A stretch of 64,000 nt of DNA from an uncultured Gemmatimonadaceae bacterium (lineage in GTDB: Bacteria; Gemmatimonadota; Gemmatimonadetes; Gemmatimonadales; Gemmatimonadaceae). Location of the stretch: NCBI GenBank assembly GCA_963740355.1, contig CAVUDW010000002.1, forward strand, positions 480,001 through 544,000, written 5' to 3'. The notes under the pieces were generated by a model that saw only the letters and a list, made by a program, of their open reading frames with translations, did not search any database and was not told the DNA's origin. Of the stretch, positions 1 through 10,263 are shown piece after piece. Every line of letters starts with the position of its first letter. The first letter of the stretch is position 1. A program made the translations under genes and the position numbers.

Positions 1-1086
1 CGCCTTGTTGGCAAGGTTCGCGATGTCGCGGCTGATGGTGAGCATGCCCTTCGTGTCCGCATCCTTCACGTTCGGCACCACCAGGCCCGCTTCGCTGGCC
101 ACCGCGATGCCCATGTTCACGTAGTGCTTGTAGACGATGGTGTCGCCGTCGATCTGTGCGTTGACGAGTGGGAACGCCTTCAGCGCGTGCGTCGCCGCCT
201 TCACGAAGAACGGCATGAAGCTGAGCTTCACGCCATGCTCCTTCTCGACCTTGTCCTTGAGGCGAGCACGGAGCGCCGTGGTGGCGCTCATGTCGATCTC
301 GTTGAACGTGGTCAGGTGCGCCGTGTTGTGCTGCGCCTGCAGGAGGTTCTCGGCGATGCGCTTGCGGCGCGTCGTCATCTTCTCGCGCGTCTCGCGCTCA
401 CCTGTCCGTGCGGGCGCCGGTGCAGGCGCTGGAGCCGCAGCCGGAGCGGCGGGCTTGGCGGCATTCGCGGCGATGGTGTTGATGACATCCGTCTTGCTCA
501 CCACGCCGCCTCGACCAGTGCCAGTGACCGTGGCGATGTTGAGCCCCGCTTCATCGGCAGAGCGACGCGCTGCGGGCGCCGACTTCATCATCATCGCGGT
601 TGGCACCGGCGTGGGGCCCGAGCCTGGGTCCTGCGGGTTGGGCGGCGGCACATCGCCACCACTCATCATCATCGCGGTCGGCACCGGTGTCGGGCCTGAG
701 CCGGGGTCCTGCGGGTTGGGCGGCGGCACATCGCCACCGCTCATCATCATCGCGGTCGGCACTGGCGTCGGGCCCGACCCGGGATCCTGCGGATTGGGGG
801 GCGGCACGTCGGCTGACATGGCGACGGCGGCGCCAGCAATGCTCGCGGTGCCAGTCTCATCGAGCTGGCCAAGCACGTCATCGACAGCCACGACGTCACC
901 CTCGGCACGCGAGCGCGCAGTGAGGATTCCCGCCTTCAGCGCGGGAACCTCGACGGTGATCTTGTCGGTTTCGAGTTCGACGAGGGTCTCACCCGCCGCA
1001 ACGGCGTCGCCCTCCTGCTTGAGCCAGCGTGACACGGTCGCTTCGACGATCGACTCGCCGAGCGGTGGCACCTTGATCGCTATCAT
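1..1086 (-). CDS. sucB: 2-oxoglutarate dehydrogenase E2 (dihydrolipoyllysine succinyltransferase), 3' end outside window
   Basis: Manual minus-strand translation from ATG at 1086 gives MIAIKVPPLGESIVEATVSRWLKQEGD...ELETDKITVEV (lipoyl domain), an E3-binding GTGRGGVVSKTDV motif, and the catalytic-domain start RRKRIAENLLQAQHNTAHLTTFNEIDMS...HGVKLSFMPFFVKA. Absent from the ORF track because the stop lies outside the window. Confidence 0.93.
   Translation of the reverse strand, partial: MIAIKVPPLGESIVEATVSRWLKQEGDAVAAGETLVELETDKITVEVPALKAGILTARSRAEGDVVAVDDVLGQLDETGTASIAGAAVAMSADVPPPNPQDPGSGPTPVPTAMMMSGGDVPPPNPQDPGSGPTPVPTAMMMSGGDVPPPNPQDPGSGPTPVPTAMMMKSAPAARRSADEAGLNIATVTGTGRGGVVSKTDVINTIAANAAKPAAPAAAPAPAPAPARTGERETREKMTTRRKRIAENLLQAQHNTAHLTTFNEIDMSATTALRARLKDKVEKEHGVKLSFMPFFVKAATHALKAFPLVNAQIDGDTIVYKHYVNMGIAVASEAGLVVPNVKDADTKGMLTISRDIANLANKA
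585..810 (-). repeat. 3 x 78-bp in-frame tandem repeat in the SucB linker
   Basis: tcatcatcatcgcggt starts at 585, 663 and 741 (period 78); each unit encodes DVPPPNPQDPGSGPTPVPTAMMM followed by SGG or KS. Confidence 0.95.
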
Positions 1087-1206
1087 TCGCGAGGATCCTG
1101 TTCGATGGGGGCGCGGGGAACGCGCTTCAAAATACCGCTCGATGCCGCACGCGACGCGATTTGCCGCGCGCGAGAATACTAACTAACGCCACACTCCGAC
1201 TTCTTG

Positions 1207-2247
1207 ATGCGCGCACTGGTTCTGGGCGGCCATGGTGGGCTGGAACAGCTCTCGGTCCGGGACGATCTCCCGGTGCCGACCCTCGATGGCCCGCATGCGG
1301 TCCGGCTGCGGATGTCTGCCGTTGCGCTGAACCGATTGGACCTGTTTGTGATGACGGGCTGGCCTGGCCTGACGCTGACGCCAGACTGGGTGCCGGTGGC
1401 GGATGGAACCGGAATCGTGGATGCGGTGGGCGAGGCGGTGACCCGGGTGAAGGTCGGGGACACGGTGGTGATCAACCCAGGGAGCAGCTGCCGGACTTGC
1501 GCGTATTGCGTGGCAGGGCAGGAGCCGCTCTGTCTCGACTACGAGCTGCTGGGCGAGGACCGCACCGGGACCGCCGCAGAGTTCGTGGTGCTGCCGGAGT
1601 GGAGTCTGGACACGGTGCCAGCCGAGATTCCGGTCGCGGAGCGCGCGGCCTTCGGGTTGGCCACACTGACAGCCTACAGGATGGTGGTGGGCAAGGCTGG
1701 GGTGCGTGCGGGCGACCAGGTGCTGATCTGGGGCATTGGTGGTGGAGTGGCGTTGGCCGCGCTGCAGATCGCCAAGGCGCGTGGCGCGACGGTTTGGGTC
1801 ACGTCGAGCGATCCGGAGAAGCTGGCACGGGCGAAGGCGATGGGTGCCGACCATGTGCTGAACCACACCACCGAGAACGTGCCGGGTGTGATCCGGTCGG
1901 CGACGGCAAAGCGGGGCATGGACGTCGTGATCGACAGCGTGGGGACCGCCACCTGGACCCGCTCGCTGCAGTCGCTGGGCCGAGGCGGCCGCCTGGTGAC
2001 CTGCGGCGGCACCAGCGGGCCAATGGTCGAGACCGACGTGCGGCGACTGTTCATGAACCAGTGGACGATCTCGGGTTCGACCATGGGCAGCGAGGCCGAG
2101 TGGGCGGCGGTCGCGGCGGAGTTTCGTGCGGGCGGTCTGCGTCCTCCGGTCGACTCGATCTTCCCGCTGGAGCGTGCCGTCGACGCCTACGCTCGACTGC
2201 AGTCGGGCCAACAGTTCGGGAAGGTCGTGATCACGGTGTCGCCGTGA
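1207..2247 (+). CDS. zinc-binding alcohol dehydrogenase / quinone oxidoreductase (MDR family)
   Basis: ALNRLD motif, structural-Zn cluster CRTCAYCVAGQEPLC, nucleotide-binding GIGGGVA, C-terminal FGKVVI. Confidence 0.9.
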   Translation: MRALVLGGHGGLEQLSVRDDLPVPTLDGPHAVRLRMSAVALNRLDLFVMTGWPGLTLTPDWVPVADGTGIVDAVGEAVTRVKVGDTVVINPGSSCRTCAYCVAGQEPLCLDYELLGEDRTGTAAEFVVLPEWSLDTVPAEIPVAERAAFGLATLTAYRMVVGKAGVRAGDQVLIWGIGGGVALAALQIAKARGATVWVTSSDPEKLARAKAMGADHVLNHTTENVPGVIRSATAKRGMDVVIDSVGTATWTRSLQSLGRGGRLVTCGGTSGPMVETDVRRLFMNQWTISGSTMGSEAEWAAVAAEFRAGGLRPPVDSIFPLERAVDAYARLQSGQQFGKVVITVSP

Positions 2248-2495
2248 GTGACGGGGCGGACGCTGGCGATGGGCCCGCGCAGTATTCGCTGGCCGAGCAG
2301 GCGCTGATCCGCGAGGTCGTGCTGACGGAAGCGACACCGCATTGCCCGCGATGCGACACCCATCCCGCCATGACGCGGAAGGGTATCGGCGGCGGGTCGT
2401 TCGGGTTGGGATACCAGCGCAAGCGTGACTGGTTCGTGTGCCCGCGTTGCCGGCGCTCGGCGATCTTCGACCTCAAGCGCGGCACGAGGAATTGA
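2244..2495 (+). CDS. small hypothetical zinc-ribbon protein (83 aa)
   Basis: GTG start overlaps the upstream TGA (GTGA at 2244-2247); two CxxC pairs (CPRC...CPRC). It is the 3' end of ORF 1161..2495. Confidence 0.7.
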   Translation: MSDGADAGDGPAQYSLAEQALIREVVLTEATPHCPRCDTHPAMTRKGIGGGSFGLGYQRKRDWFVCPRCRRSAIFDLKRGTRN

Positions 2496-2589
2496 CCTGC
2501 CGGGTGCCTCCTTGCTCGGGGAGCTGAGTGCTAGCTTCCACGCTGGCGACTGCTTCGTGCTCGCCGCTCATCATCTCCGTTGATCCGAC

Positions 2590-3363
2590 ATGGATTTTCT
2601 GACGCGACTGCAGGAAAGCTTTGCGACGCTGGGCGAGATCGTTCCGGCCTTGCTGGGCGCGATCGTCATCCTGTTCGCAGGCTACCTGCTGGCGAAACTG
2701 ATCCAGCGTGGCGTCGAGCGACTGCTGAAGAAGCTGAGCGTCAACGACCTGCTGCGGCGCGGCGGCGTGATGCAGGCCGTGGAGCATGCCGGCCATCAGG
2801 TGAATCCGTCCCGGGTCTTCGGCAACATCGTGTTCTGGGCGGTGATGTTCGCCGTGCTTTTGGTGGCGTCGACTGCGGCCGGGCTGCAGTCACTGAATGA
2901 CGTTTTTGCCGAGCTCGTCAGCTACATCCCGAGCATCATTGCGGCGATCGTGATCGTGATCGTGGGGATCGTGCTGGGTGGGTTCGTGGAGGGTTTGCTG
3001 CTGGCGGCGGCGGGGGCGTTGCATGGTGGGCCGACGCTGGCTCGGGTCGGCCGCGGGGGCATCGTGGTGCTGGCTATCTTCATGGCACTGCAGGAGTTAG
3101 GCGTCGCGACCGATATCGTGACGACGGCCTTCGCGATCCTCTTCGGCGCCGTTGCGCTGGCGTTGGCATTGGCCTTTGGGCTGGGGAATCGGGAGCTGGC
3201 CGGTGAAGTGACACGCACGTGGTGGGCGCGGTACCAGCGGGAGAAGGCTGCGATCGATGCCGAGGTAGCCGCAGAAGAGGCGGAGATCGACCAGGAGCTG
3301 GCTGATGATGAAGAAGAGCGTTCGCCCGTCGGGGCTGCAGGTGGAGCGTCGCGGCTGTCCTGA
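2590..3363 (+). CDS. CmpX-like / small-conductance mechanosensitive-channel TM-helix membrane protein
   Basis: Repeated P.LLGAIVIL..G / P.IIAAIVIV..G helices and the C-terminal ALALAFGLG.R motif typical of CmpX/TM_helix proteins. Confidence 0.8.
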   Translation: MDFLTRLQESFATLGEIVPALLGAIVILFAGYLLAKLIQRGVERLLKKLSVNDLLRRGGVMQAVEHAGHQVNPSRVFGNIVFWAVMFAVLLVASTAAGLQSLNDVFAELVSYIPSIIAAIVIVIVGIVLGGFVEGLLLAAAGALHGGPTLARVGRGGIVVLAIFMALQELGVATDIVTTAFAILFGAVALALALAFGLGNRELAGEVTRTWWARYQREKAAIDAEVAAEEAEIDQELADDEEERSPVGAAGGASRLS

Positions 3364-3391
3364 ACGGAGCGCTGGCGGTATCTTTGCCGGC

Positions 3392-4288
3392 ATGAATGTT
3401 TGCGTGCGCCGGCTGCAGTCCCTGAGCTCAATCTCCTTCGCGGGTGCGGCATTCGCGGTGGGAGCGTTGTCAGGGTGCGGCCGATCGGGACCGCTGCCGG
3501 AGACCGGGCTGCGTCCTCGCATCCTGAGCAATTCTGCGGTGAACCTGTTGGGTCGCGGTCCGCAGAACGAACTCGAGGCGGCGCTCGAACTGGCGCATGA
3601 TTATCGCGCCCAGTTGCTGCGTGCGTCGGACTTCACCGACATCGGGCAGGACCGTTGCAACGAGGGATGGCTGCGCGGATTTCCACGCGACAGCACCGAC
3701 TCGATGCGTGAGGCCACGGCCGACCTGGTGGACAAGTTCGAGAAGCTGATCCAGGCGTACGCGGTGGATGCGCCGCTCGACACGCCGGAAGGCCACGAAC
3801 TGCTGCGCACGGTGGTGCTGTGGGAGACAGGCCGCGAGCGTCCGCGGTGGGATGTGTGGAGTGGCAAGGCGGCACGGGAAGCCATTGCAGCGGGGCTGAC
3901 GGAGCAGGTCAACGATGCGGCCACGGGGCGATGCCTGGTGAATGCGCGCGGTGACACTGCAGCGTATGTCCTCCCGCTGGTGACTGGCCTTGGGTTGCCG
4001 CCGGTGCGTGGTGCGGCCACCAATCTCGTGTTCGGCGATCGCGGGTTGTCGTCGCTGCGCGCGCGATACTGGGCCACCAAGCCGGTGCACGACAGCAGTG
4101 CGATCCTCGCGTACACGCGCGTATCGGCTGCGATGCTGTGGAAGGAGTATGCCGTGGTGACCGTGCACCGTCCGATGGAGCATCGTGATGGCGCGGCGCT
4201 GTCGACGAGCAATGGTGGTGGGACGTACATTTTCCACCGCGTCGGCAACACCTGGCTGCTGCTCGTCATCGCGCGCTCCTGGGGCTGA
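3392..4288 (+). CDS. hypothetical lipoprotein
   Basis: Long ORF with a hydrophobic N-terminus ending in lipobox LSGC; TATCTT lies 7 nt before the ATG. Confidence 0.65.
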   Translation: MNVCVRRLQSLSSISFAGAAFAVGALSGCGRSGPLPETGLRPRILSNSAVNLLGRGPQNELEAALELAHDYRAQLLRASDFTDIGQDRCNEGWLRGFPRDSTDSMREATADLVDKFEKLIQAYAVDAPLDTPEGHELLRTVVLWETGRERPRWDVWSGKAAREAIAAGLTEQVNDAATGRCLVNARGDTAAYVLPLVTGLGLPPVRGAATNLVFGDRGLSSLRARYWATKPVHDSSAILAYTRVSAAMLWKEYAVVTVHRPMEHRDGAALSTSNGGGTYIFHRVGNTWLLLVIARSWG

Positions 4289-4321
4289 CCGTATCCGACC
4301 TGCGCCGGTGGCATGACGTAA

Positions 4322-4343
4322 CGCGCTTCGGCGCGCCTTTTTT
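4322..4343 (+). terminator. probable intrinsic terminator
   Basis: CGCGC-TTCG-GCGCG hairpin followed by CCTTTTTT, just after the stop at 4288. Confidence 0.65.
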
Positions 4344-4417
4344 CGTTCTGTAGTCTGCATTCCCGACGTCGCGTTGCACACGCGCACTGACGTCGGTCAC
4401 GCTTTCACTATCCGCTG

Positions 4418-6967
4418 ATGACTGGACCAGGGCCCCGCGAACGCATCCTGCCTCGCATGATCGACGAGGAAATCAAGGAATCGTTCATCAATTATTCGAT
4501 GAGCGTCATCGTATCGCGCGCGCTGCCGGATGTGCGGGATGGGTTGAAGCCAGTGCACCGTCGCGTGCTCTACGCGATGAACGAGGCCGGACTGACGGCG
4601 GGGCGGCCGTACCGCAAGTCAGCCACGGTGGTCGGCGACGTGCTGGGCCGCTACCACCCGCACGGCGACAGCAGCGTGTACGACGCCGTGGTGCGCATGG
4701 TCCAGGAGTTCTCGCTGCGATATCCGCTGGTGGATGGCCAGGGAAACTTCGGCAGCATCGACGGTGACAACGCCGCGGCCTATCGCTACACCGAAGTCCG
4801 GCTGACGCGCATCGCGATGGAGATGCTGGCCGACATCGACCGCGGCACAGTGGATTTCGGCGCGAACTTCGACGACACGCGCGAAGAGCCCAAGGTGTTG
4901 CCGTCACGCTTGCCGAACCTGCTGGTCAACGGCAGCACCGGCATCGCCGTCGGCATGGCAACCAACATCCCACCGCACAACCTGCGTGAGGTGTCGGCCG
5001 CAATCGTCGCGATGGTGGACAACCCGGAGATCGAGACCGATGAGATCCGGAAGATCATCACCGGTCCTGACTTCCCGACCGCCGGTTTCATCTACGGCCG
5101 CGCCGGAATCAAGGACTACATCGAGACGGGCCGTGGTCGCCTGCAGGTCCGCGCCCGCGCGCAGATCGAGGAGAACGAACGCGGTAGCAAGAGCCAGATC
5201 GTCGTCACCGAGATCCCGTACCAGGTCAACAAGGAACGCCTGCGACAGCAGATCGTGGACCTGGTCCGCGAAGGCAAGGTGGCCGGCATCAGCGCCCTGC
5301 GTGACGAGTCGAACAAGGAAGGCATCCGACTGGTGATGGAGCTCAAGCGCGATGCGATCCCGCGCGTGGTGCTCAACCAGCTCTACAAGCATTCGCAGCT
5401 GCAGACGACGTTCGGCGTGATCATGCTGGCCCTCGTGCCGGACATCAAGACGCGCCAGCTGGTGCCGAAGGTGATGCCGGTGCGCGAGGTGTTGCAGCAC
5501 TACATCGACCATCGCCACGAAGTCATCACCCGCCGGACCCAGTTCGACCTCGACAAGGCGCTCGAGCGCGAGCACATCCTCGAAGGGTTGAAGATCGCCG
5601 TCGACAACATCGACGAAGTGATCAAGATCATCCGCGCGGCCGATGACACGCCGACGGCCAGCCTCAGCCTGCAGACGCGATTCGCACTCTCCGAGCGGCA
5701 GGCGGAAGCGATCCTCAACATGCGCCTGGCGAAGCTCACCGGGCTCGAGATCGACAAGCTGGAGGCCGAACTGGCCGAAGTGCGCGCCCTGATCGCCGAA
5801 CTTCGTGACATCCTCGGCAGCCGCGAGCGTCGCATGACGATCCTCAAGGCCGAGCTGATGGACGTGGCCGAGACCTTCGGCGACGCACGCAAGACCGAGA
5901 TCGTCAGCGACGAAGGGGAGTTCAGCGTCGAGGACCTGATCGCGGAAGAGGACGTCGTGGTGACGATCTCGCACACCGGCTACGTGAAGCGCACCTCGGT
6001 GTCGCTCTACAAGCGCCAGCGTCGCGGCGGTCGCGGCAAGACCGGCACGGGGCTCAAGGACGAGGACTTCGTCAGCCGCCTCTACATCGGCAGCACGCAC
6101 GACTACCTGCTGGTGTTCACCGACGATGGGCGCATGTACTGGCTCAAGGTCTACGAAATCCCGCAGTCGAGCGCGGGCGCCCGTGGCAAGCCGATGGTGA
6201 ACCTGATCAACGTCTCGCCCGAGACCCGCGTGCGCGCGGTGGTGCCGGTGAAGGACCTCGAGAAGATCACGGACGCCGACGAGCGGTTCCTGTTCTTCTC
6301 AACCCGCGCTGGCACGGTGAAGAAGTCCCGCATGTCGGACTACACGAACGTGCGCAACAACGGCATCAAGGCGATCAAGATCGAGGCCGGTGATGAGTTG
6401 ATCGACGTGCAGGAGACGTCGGGAACCAACGACATCGTGCTGGCCACGCGCTTCGGCCTCAGCTGCCGGTTCCACGAAAGTGATGTGCGTGAGATGGGCC
6501 GCGATACGACGGGTGTGAAGGGCATCGAGCTGCGCCCGGAAGACCTGGTGGTCGGCATGGTCGTGATCAAGCGCGACGCGACGTTGCTGGTGGTCACTGA
6601 AAAGGGCCTTGGCAAGGTCAGCGACGTGGCCGAGTACCGGGTGCAGAAGCGCGGAGGCAAGGGCATCCTGACGCTCAATCGCACCGAGCGCACGGGCAAC
6701 GTGGTGGCGCTGATGGAAGTGCTGCCGGAAGACGAGATGATCCTGATCACCAAGCAGGGGATCCTGATTCGCTCGTCGGCTGCCGAAGTCCGCAAGACCG
6801 GCCGTAACGCGCAGGGGGTGAAGCTGGTCGCGCTGGACGACGGCGATTCGGTGATCACCGTGGCGCGTGTGGTGCCTGAGGAGAAGGACGGGGATGAGGG
6901 CGGCGCCGACGACGGCGAGCCGGGTGGTGAGGGAGACGCCGGCGACGGCGGTGCTCCGGACGCGTGA
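4418..6967 (+). CDS. gyrA: DNA gyrase subunit A
   Basis: [26 protein letters not shown], catalytic AAYRYTE, GyrA-box QRRGGRG, beta-pinwheel repeats, acidic tail. Confidence 0.98.
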   Translation: MTGPGPRERILPRMIDEEIKESFINYSMSVIVSRALPDVRDGLKPVHRRVLYAMNEAGLTAGRPYRKSATVVGDVLGRYHPHGDSSVYDAVVRMVQEFSLRYPLVDGQGNFGSIDGDNAAAYRYTEVRLTRIAMEMLADIDRGTVDFGANFDDTREEPKVLPSRLPNLLVNGSTGIAVGMATNIPPHNLREVSAAIVAMVDNPEIETDEIRKIITGPDFPTAGFIYGRAGIKDYIETGRGRLQVRARAQIEENERGSKSQIVVTEIPYQVNKERLRQQIVDLVREGKVAGISALRDESNKEGIRLVMELKRDAIPRVVLNQLYKHSQLQTTFGVIMLALVPDIKTRQLVPKVMPVREVLQHYIDHRHEVITRRTQFDLDKALEREHILEGLKIAVDNIDEVIKIIRAADDTPTASLSLQTRFALSERQAEAILNMRLAKLTGLEIDKLEAELAEVRALIAELRDILGSRERRMTILKAELMDVAETFGDARKTEIVSDEGEFSVEDLIAEEDVVVTISHTGYVKRTSVSLYKRQRRGGRGKTGTGLKDEDFVSRLYIGSTHDYLLVFTDDGRMYWLKVYEIPQSSAGARGKPMVNLINVSPETRVRAVVPVKDLEKITDADERFLFFSTRAGTVKKSRMSDYTNVRNNGIKAIKIEAGDELIDVQETSGTNDIVLATRFGLSCRFHESDVREMGRDTTGVKGIELRPEDLVVGMVVIKRDATLLVVTEKGLGKVSDVAEYRVQKRGGKGILTLNRTERTGNVVALMEVLPEDEMILITKQGILIRSSAAEVRKTGRNAQGVKLVALDDGDSVITVARVVPEEKDGDEGGADDGEPGGEGDAGDGGAPDA

Positions 6968-7079
6968 CAGGAGTCCCTGGTGTTGAACGGCCGGAGCGCG
7001 TGACGCTGCGGTACCCCCGGCCGTCTTCACCGTGGTCCCCGATGTCCACCCCATCCCGCAGGCCGAGGCACGCACGGCG

Positions 7080-8552
7080 ATGACAGCGCCACGTATCATC
7101 GTCGCCGATAGCGATCCGGCGGTTCAGCAGACCATTTCCTGGGTCTTGCGCGAGCACGGGTACGACGTGCGCGGGGTTGTGACCTGTGCTGCGGCAGTCG
7201 CGACGGCGCAGGAGTTCGCGCCGGATCTGGTGCTGCTCGACGCGCAGTTGCTGGATGACGGCGGCGCCGAGGCGTTGACGACGATGAAAGGCGAGTTGCG
7301 CTGGAAGGACTTGCCCGTGCTGGTGACGTCGACGCGTGCACCTGAGGAGATCGTCGAGCAGGCACTCGCCAGCGGCGCGACCGATGTGGTGAGAAAGCCA
7401 CTCCGTTCTGGTGAGCTGCTCGCCCGCATCGGCGCCAACCTGCGAAATCGGTCGGCGCTCGACATGACGCGTCGCCAGCTGCAGACGACACAGGAAGCGC
7501 TGGCCCTGGCGCGTGAAGAAGCGCAGACCGGCCGCACGCTGATCGCGATCATGCGCGAGGTGAGCGCCGATCTCTCCAGTGAAGAGATCTATCATGTGCT
7601 GGTGCGCCGCGTGGCGCGCGCCATCGGCCTGTTTCGGTGTTCAGTGGTGCTGGCGCGACCCGGTGAGCTGGCGGCACTGGTGCCAGCGGCGTTCGACGAC
7701 CCCACGCTGCGGAACCTGCCGCTCGACCTGGCCAAGTATCCAGAAATACGGGTCGCGCTCGAAGCCGGGCGACCCGTCCTGATTCCGGATGTGATGGTGC
7801 ACCCGCTGTTCGCGGAATTGCGGCAGCGATGGGCGCGCGAAGGCACGGTGGTGCCGACGCGCAGCGTGATTGCCTTGCCCTTCTTTGTCGATCGACAGCA
7901 GGCGGGCGTGTTCCTGTTGCGCCGCGGCGTCGGTGAGCCGCCGCTGGACGACGAAGACGTGTCGTTCGCCGATGCCGTGGTGAAGGCCGCCGTGGCCTCG
8001 ATCCAGCGGGCGCACCTGCTCGAATCGGCGCGTGCCGACAACGTGCGCCTTGCGGCACTCGCGCAGACGGATCCACTGACGCAGGTGCTCAACCGTCGCG
8101 CACTCACCGATCGCCTGGTGTCTGAACTCGATCGTGCGCGTCGATACGGCCATTCAGTGGCCGTGCTGATGCTGGACCTCGATCACTTCAAGTTGATCAA
8201 CGACACCCGTGGGCATCTCGTGGGTGACGGTGTGCTCAAGGACACCGCAGAGATCCTGCGTAGCGCAGTCCGCAGCGCCGACTTCGTCGCGCGCTACGGT
8301 GGCGAGGAGTTCGTGGTGGTGCTGCCGGAAACGTCGCTGGATGGTGCCGTGACGTTCGCGGAACGTCTGCGTGAGCGCATCGCGGGCACCGCGTTCCAGG
8401 GCGGCATTGGCGTGACGCTCAGCCTGTCGGTGTCGATCGGGGTGTCACTCTTCCCGGCCCCGCGCATCACGTCGGTCGATGATCTGCTCTCGGCCGCCGA
8501 CACCGCGCTCTATCGTGCCAAGGCCGACGGCCGGAATCGCGTCAGGCACTAG
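7080..8552 (+). CDS. diguanylate cyclase, REC-GAF-GGDEF
   Basis: N-terminal receiver (PDLVLLD, KP), central GAF-like region, TDPLT..LNRR, DLDHFKLINDTRGH..GD, RxxD I-site (RSAD) and GGEEF. An alternative GTG start lies at 7032. Confidence 0.92.
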   Translation: MTAPRIIVADSDPAVQQTISWVLREHGYDVRGVVTCAAAVATAQEFAPDLVLLDAQLLDDGGAEALTTMKGELRWKDLPVLVTSTRAPEEIVEQALASGATDVVRKPLRSGELLARIGANLRNRSALDMTRRQLQTTQEALALAREEAQTGRTLIAIMREVSADLSSEEIYHVLVRRVARAIGLFRCSVVLARPGELAALVPAAFDDPTLRNLPLDLAKYPEIRVALEAGRPVLIPDVMVHPLFAELRQRWAREGTVVPTRSVIALPFFVDRQQAGVFLLRRGVGEPPLDDEDVSFADAVVKAAVASIQRAHLLESARADNVRLAALAQTDPLTQVLNRRALTDRLVSELDRARRYGHSVAVLMLDLDHFKLINDTRGHLVGDGVLKDTAEILRSAVRSADFVARYGGEEFVVVLPETSLDGAVTFAERLRERIAGTAFQGGIGVTLSLSVSIGVSLFPAPRITSVDDLLSAADTALYRAKADGRNRVRH

Positions 8553-8626
8553 CTGCTCGCCGCGCATCGATTGCGGCTGCGCTGACACGATTCCGAAACC
8601 TGTTCCAGTCACGATCTGTCGGTGCG

Positions 8627-10162
8627 TCAGCGAGCCGCGCGCAGCGTGATCGTTTCGCGCCGGCCATTGCGCAGGATCTCGATGCGCTGGTCGCGGCCGC
8701 GATCGAAGGAGACATCGAGGCCGTTGCCGTCGCGCACACCGCGTCCGTCGATCTTGAGGATCACGTCGCCCACCTTGATCGGATCCCAGCTGTCGCGTGT
8801 CCGGACGACCAGCGCCCCATCCTCGCTGCCACGCCCGAACTGCTGCGCGAAGTCGCGATCGACGATGGCGAGTGAAAGCCCGCTCAACGACAACGTGGCA
8901 CCGTCGGTCCGACCACGCACGGTCCCTCGTGCACCGCGCGGGCCATCATCGTCGTCGTCATCCCGCGACCACGCATCGCGCGAGTCGTCGTCGCGCCGCA
9001 TCTGATCGCGATGCATGCGGGCCTGCTCGCGTGCCTGTTCCCGCACACGTTCGGCCTGTTCGCGGGCACGCTCGCGCTGCTCCTGCGCCCGCTCTCGAAC
9101 GCGCTCGCCCTGCTCCTGGGCCCGTTCGCGTTGTTCTTCGGCCTGCTCACGCGCGCGCTCACGAAGTTCCCGCGCCTGCTCGCGCTGCATCTGGGTCATC
9201 TCGCGCTGCACTTCAGCGCGGGCGCTGGCGGCTTCCGATCGCTCGCCGAACAGCTGCATGTTGGCGCGGACACTGGCGCGGATGTCATCAGCCATGCCCT
9301 GAAAACCGGCGGTGCTGAACGTGAAGCCGCGTTCGTTCGACGGTACCACCGACACGGTGCGGCGTCGGCCTTCGCTCAACACCTCGAGCCGCACGGGTGT
9401 GGAGTCACGCGCCGCATCGAGCGCGCGGCGGAGGCGTGAGATACGCGCCTCGACCGCTTCGGGCGACCCAGCATCACCCGCAGGGATTCGCAGGTCGACC
9501 CCATCGATGCTGACGATGCGGTCCCCCTCGATCAACCCAGCCTTGTCGGCCGCGCCTCCGGTCGAGATGCTCACGATCAGTAGTCCGGCAGTGTCGCGCA
9601 TCGAACCGCGCTGCGCGAAACCGAGCCCCAGCACGCGCCGACCGCTGGAGAGCCCGCGTAGCGTCCGAGCCATCGGCGACTCGGCCAGCGCCACACGCTT
9701 GGTCTCTTTCCGGCCGTCTGTGAGCACGACGAGCGTGATGGTGTCGCCGGGCTCCTTGCGGCCGATCAGCCGCCGCAACCGCGTCTCCGGGAGTGCCTCC
9801 GCGGCCGAGTCGTCCAGATCGCGCGGGTCGAGTCGCAAGTCGACGCCATCCACGCTCACGAGGCGGGCTCCGCGGGTGATGCCGGCCTTGTCGGCTGGGA
9901 GCCCATCCTCGACATCATCCACGAGGAGGCCAAGGGTGTCGGCTGCACCCGATGACGTCCGCAGGGAAATCCCGAGGATGCCACGGTTCGCGATCCCCGC
10001 GCCGGCACCGGCGATGTAGACCCGTGGGGCTGAGCCCGGCATGGGCATCTCCGGCGGTCGCGGCGATCGCGGAGCGACCTGGGCGCCGACCGTCAGCGCA
10101 CCGAGTGGGGCGAGCGCGCCGACAAGAACGGCGGTCCGAGCTGCGTACGAGAGCGTTGTCAT
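8627..10162 (-). CDS. secreted multi-PDZ domain protein with charged coiled-coil insert
   Basis: Signal peptide; two clear PDZ units (LGISL...PADKAGI, LGLGF...AADKAGLIEGDRIVSIDG) plus a C-terminal PDZ-like unit (IKVGDVILKIDG); RERAREQ repeats in between. Confidence 0.85.
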   Translation of the reverse strand: MTTLSYAARTAVLVGALAPLGALTVGAQVAPRSPRPPEMPMPGSAPRVYIAGAGAGIANRGILGISLRTSSGAADTLGLLVDDVEDGLPADKAGITRGARLVSVDGVDLRLDPRDLDDSAAEALPETRLRRLIGRKEPGDTITLVVLTDGRKETKRVALAESPMARTLRGLSSGRRVLGLGFAQRGSMRDTAGLLIVSISTGGAADKAGLIEGDRIVSIDGVDLRIPAGDAGSPEAVEARISRLRRALDAARDSTPVRLEVLSEGRRRTVSVVPSNERGFTFSTAGFQGMADDIRASVRANMQLFGERSEAASARAEVQREMTQMQREQARELRERAREQAEEQRERAQEQGERVRERAQEQRERAREQAERVREQAREQARMHRDQMRRDDDSRDAWSRDDDDDDGPRGARGTVRGRTDGATLSLSGLSLAIVDRDFAQQFGRGSEDGALVVRTRDSWDPIKVGDVILKIDGRGVRDGNGLDVSFDRGRDQRIEILRNGRRETITLRAAR

Positions 10163-10263
10163 CTCTGTCTCCGGCGGTCAGGCTGCCGGTGCGACATGCA
10201 CCGGTCAGCGAATCGCCGATCTGACACCCCGGTCGTGCGTTGGGTTGCCGTCCCCCGGGACGG

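Noticed and set aside
137..1186. 349-aa plus-strand ORF with GTGVGPEPGSCGLGGG repeats
   Set aside because: It is the antisense shadow of sucB; the real repeat is read on the minus strand.
1161..2243. N-terminal 361 codons of the 444-aa ORF 1161..2495
   Set aside because: It overlaps the MDR dehydrogenase in another frame; only the part from GTG 2244 looks like a real protein.
4640..4700. Quinolone-resistance substitutions in GyrA
   Set aside because: The QRDR reads [10 protein letters not shown], with the Ser83 and Asp87 equivalents unchanged.
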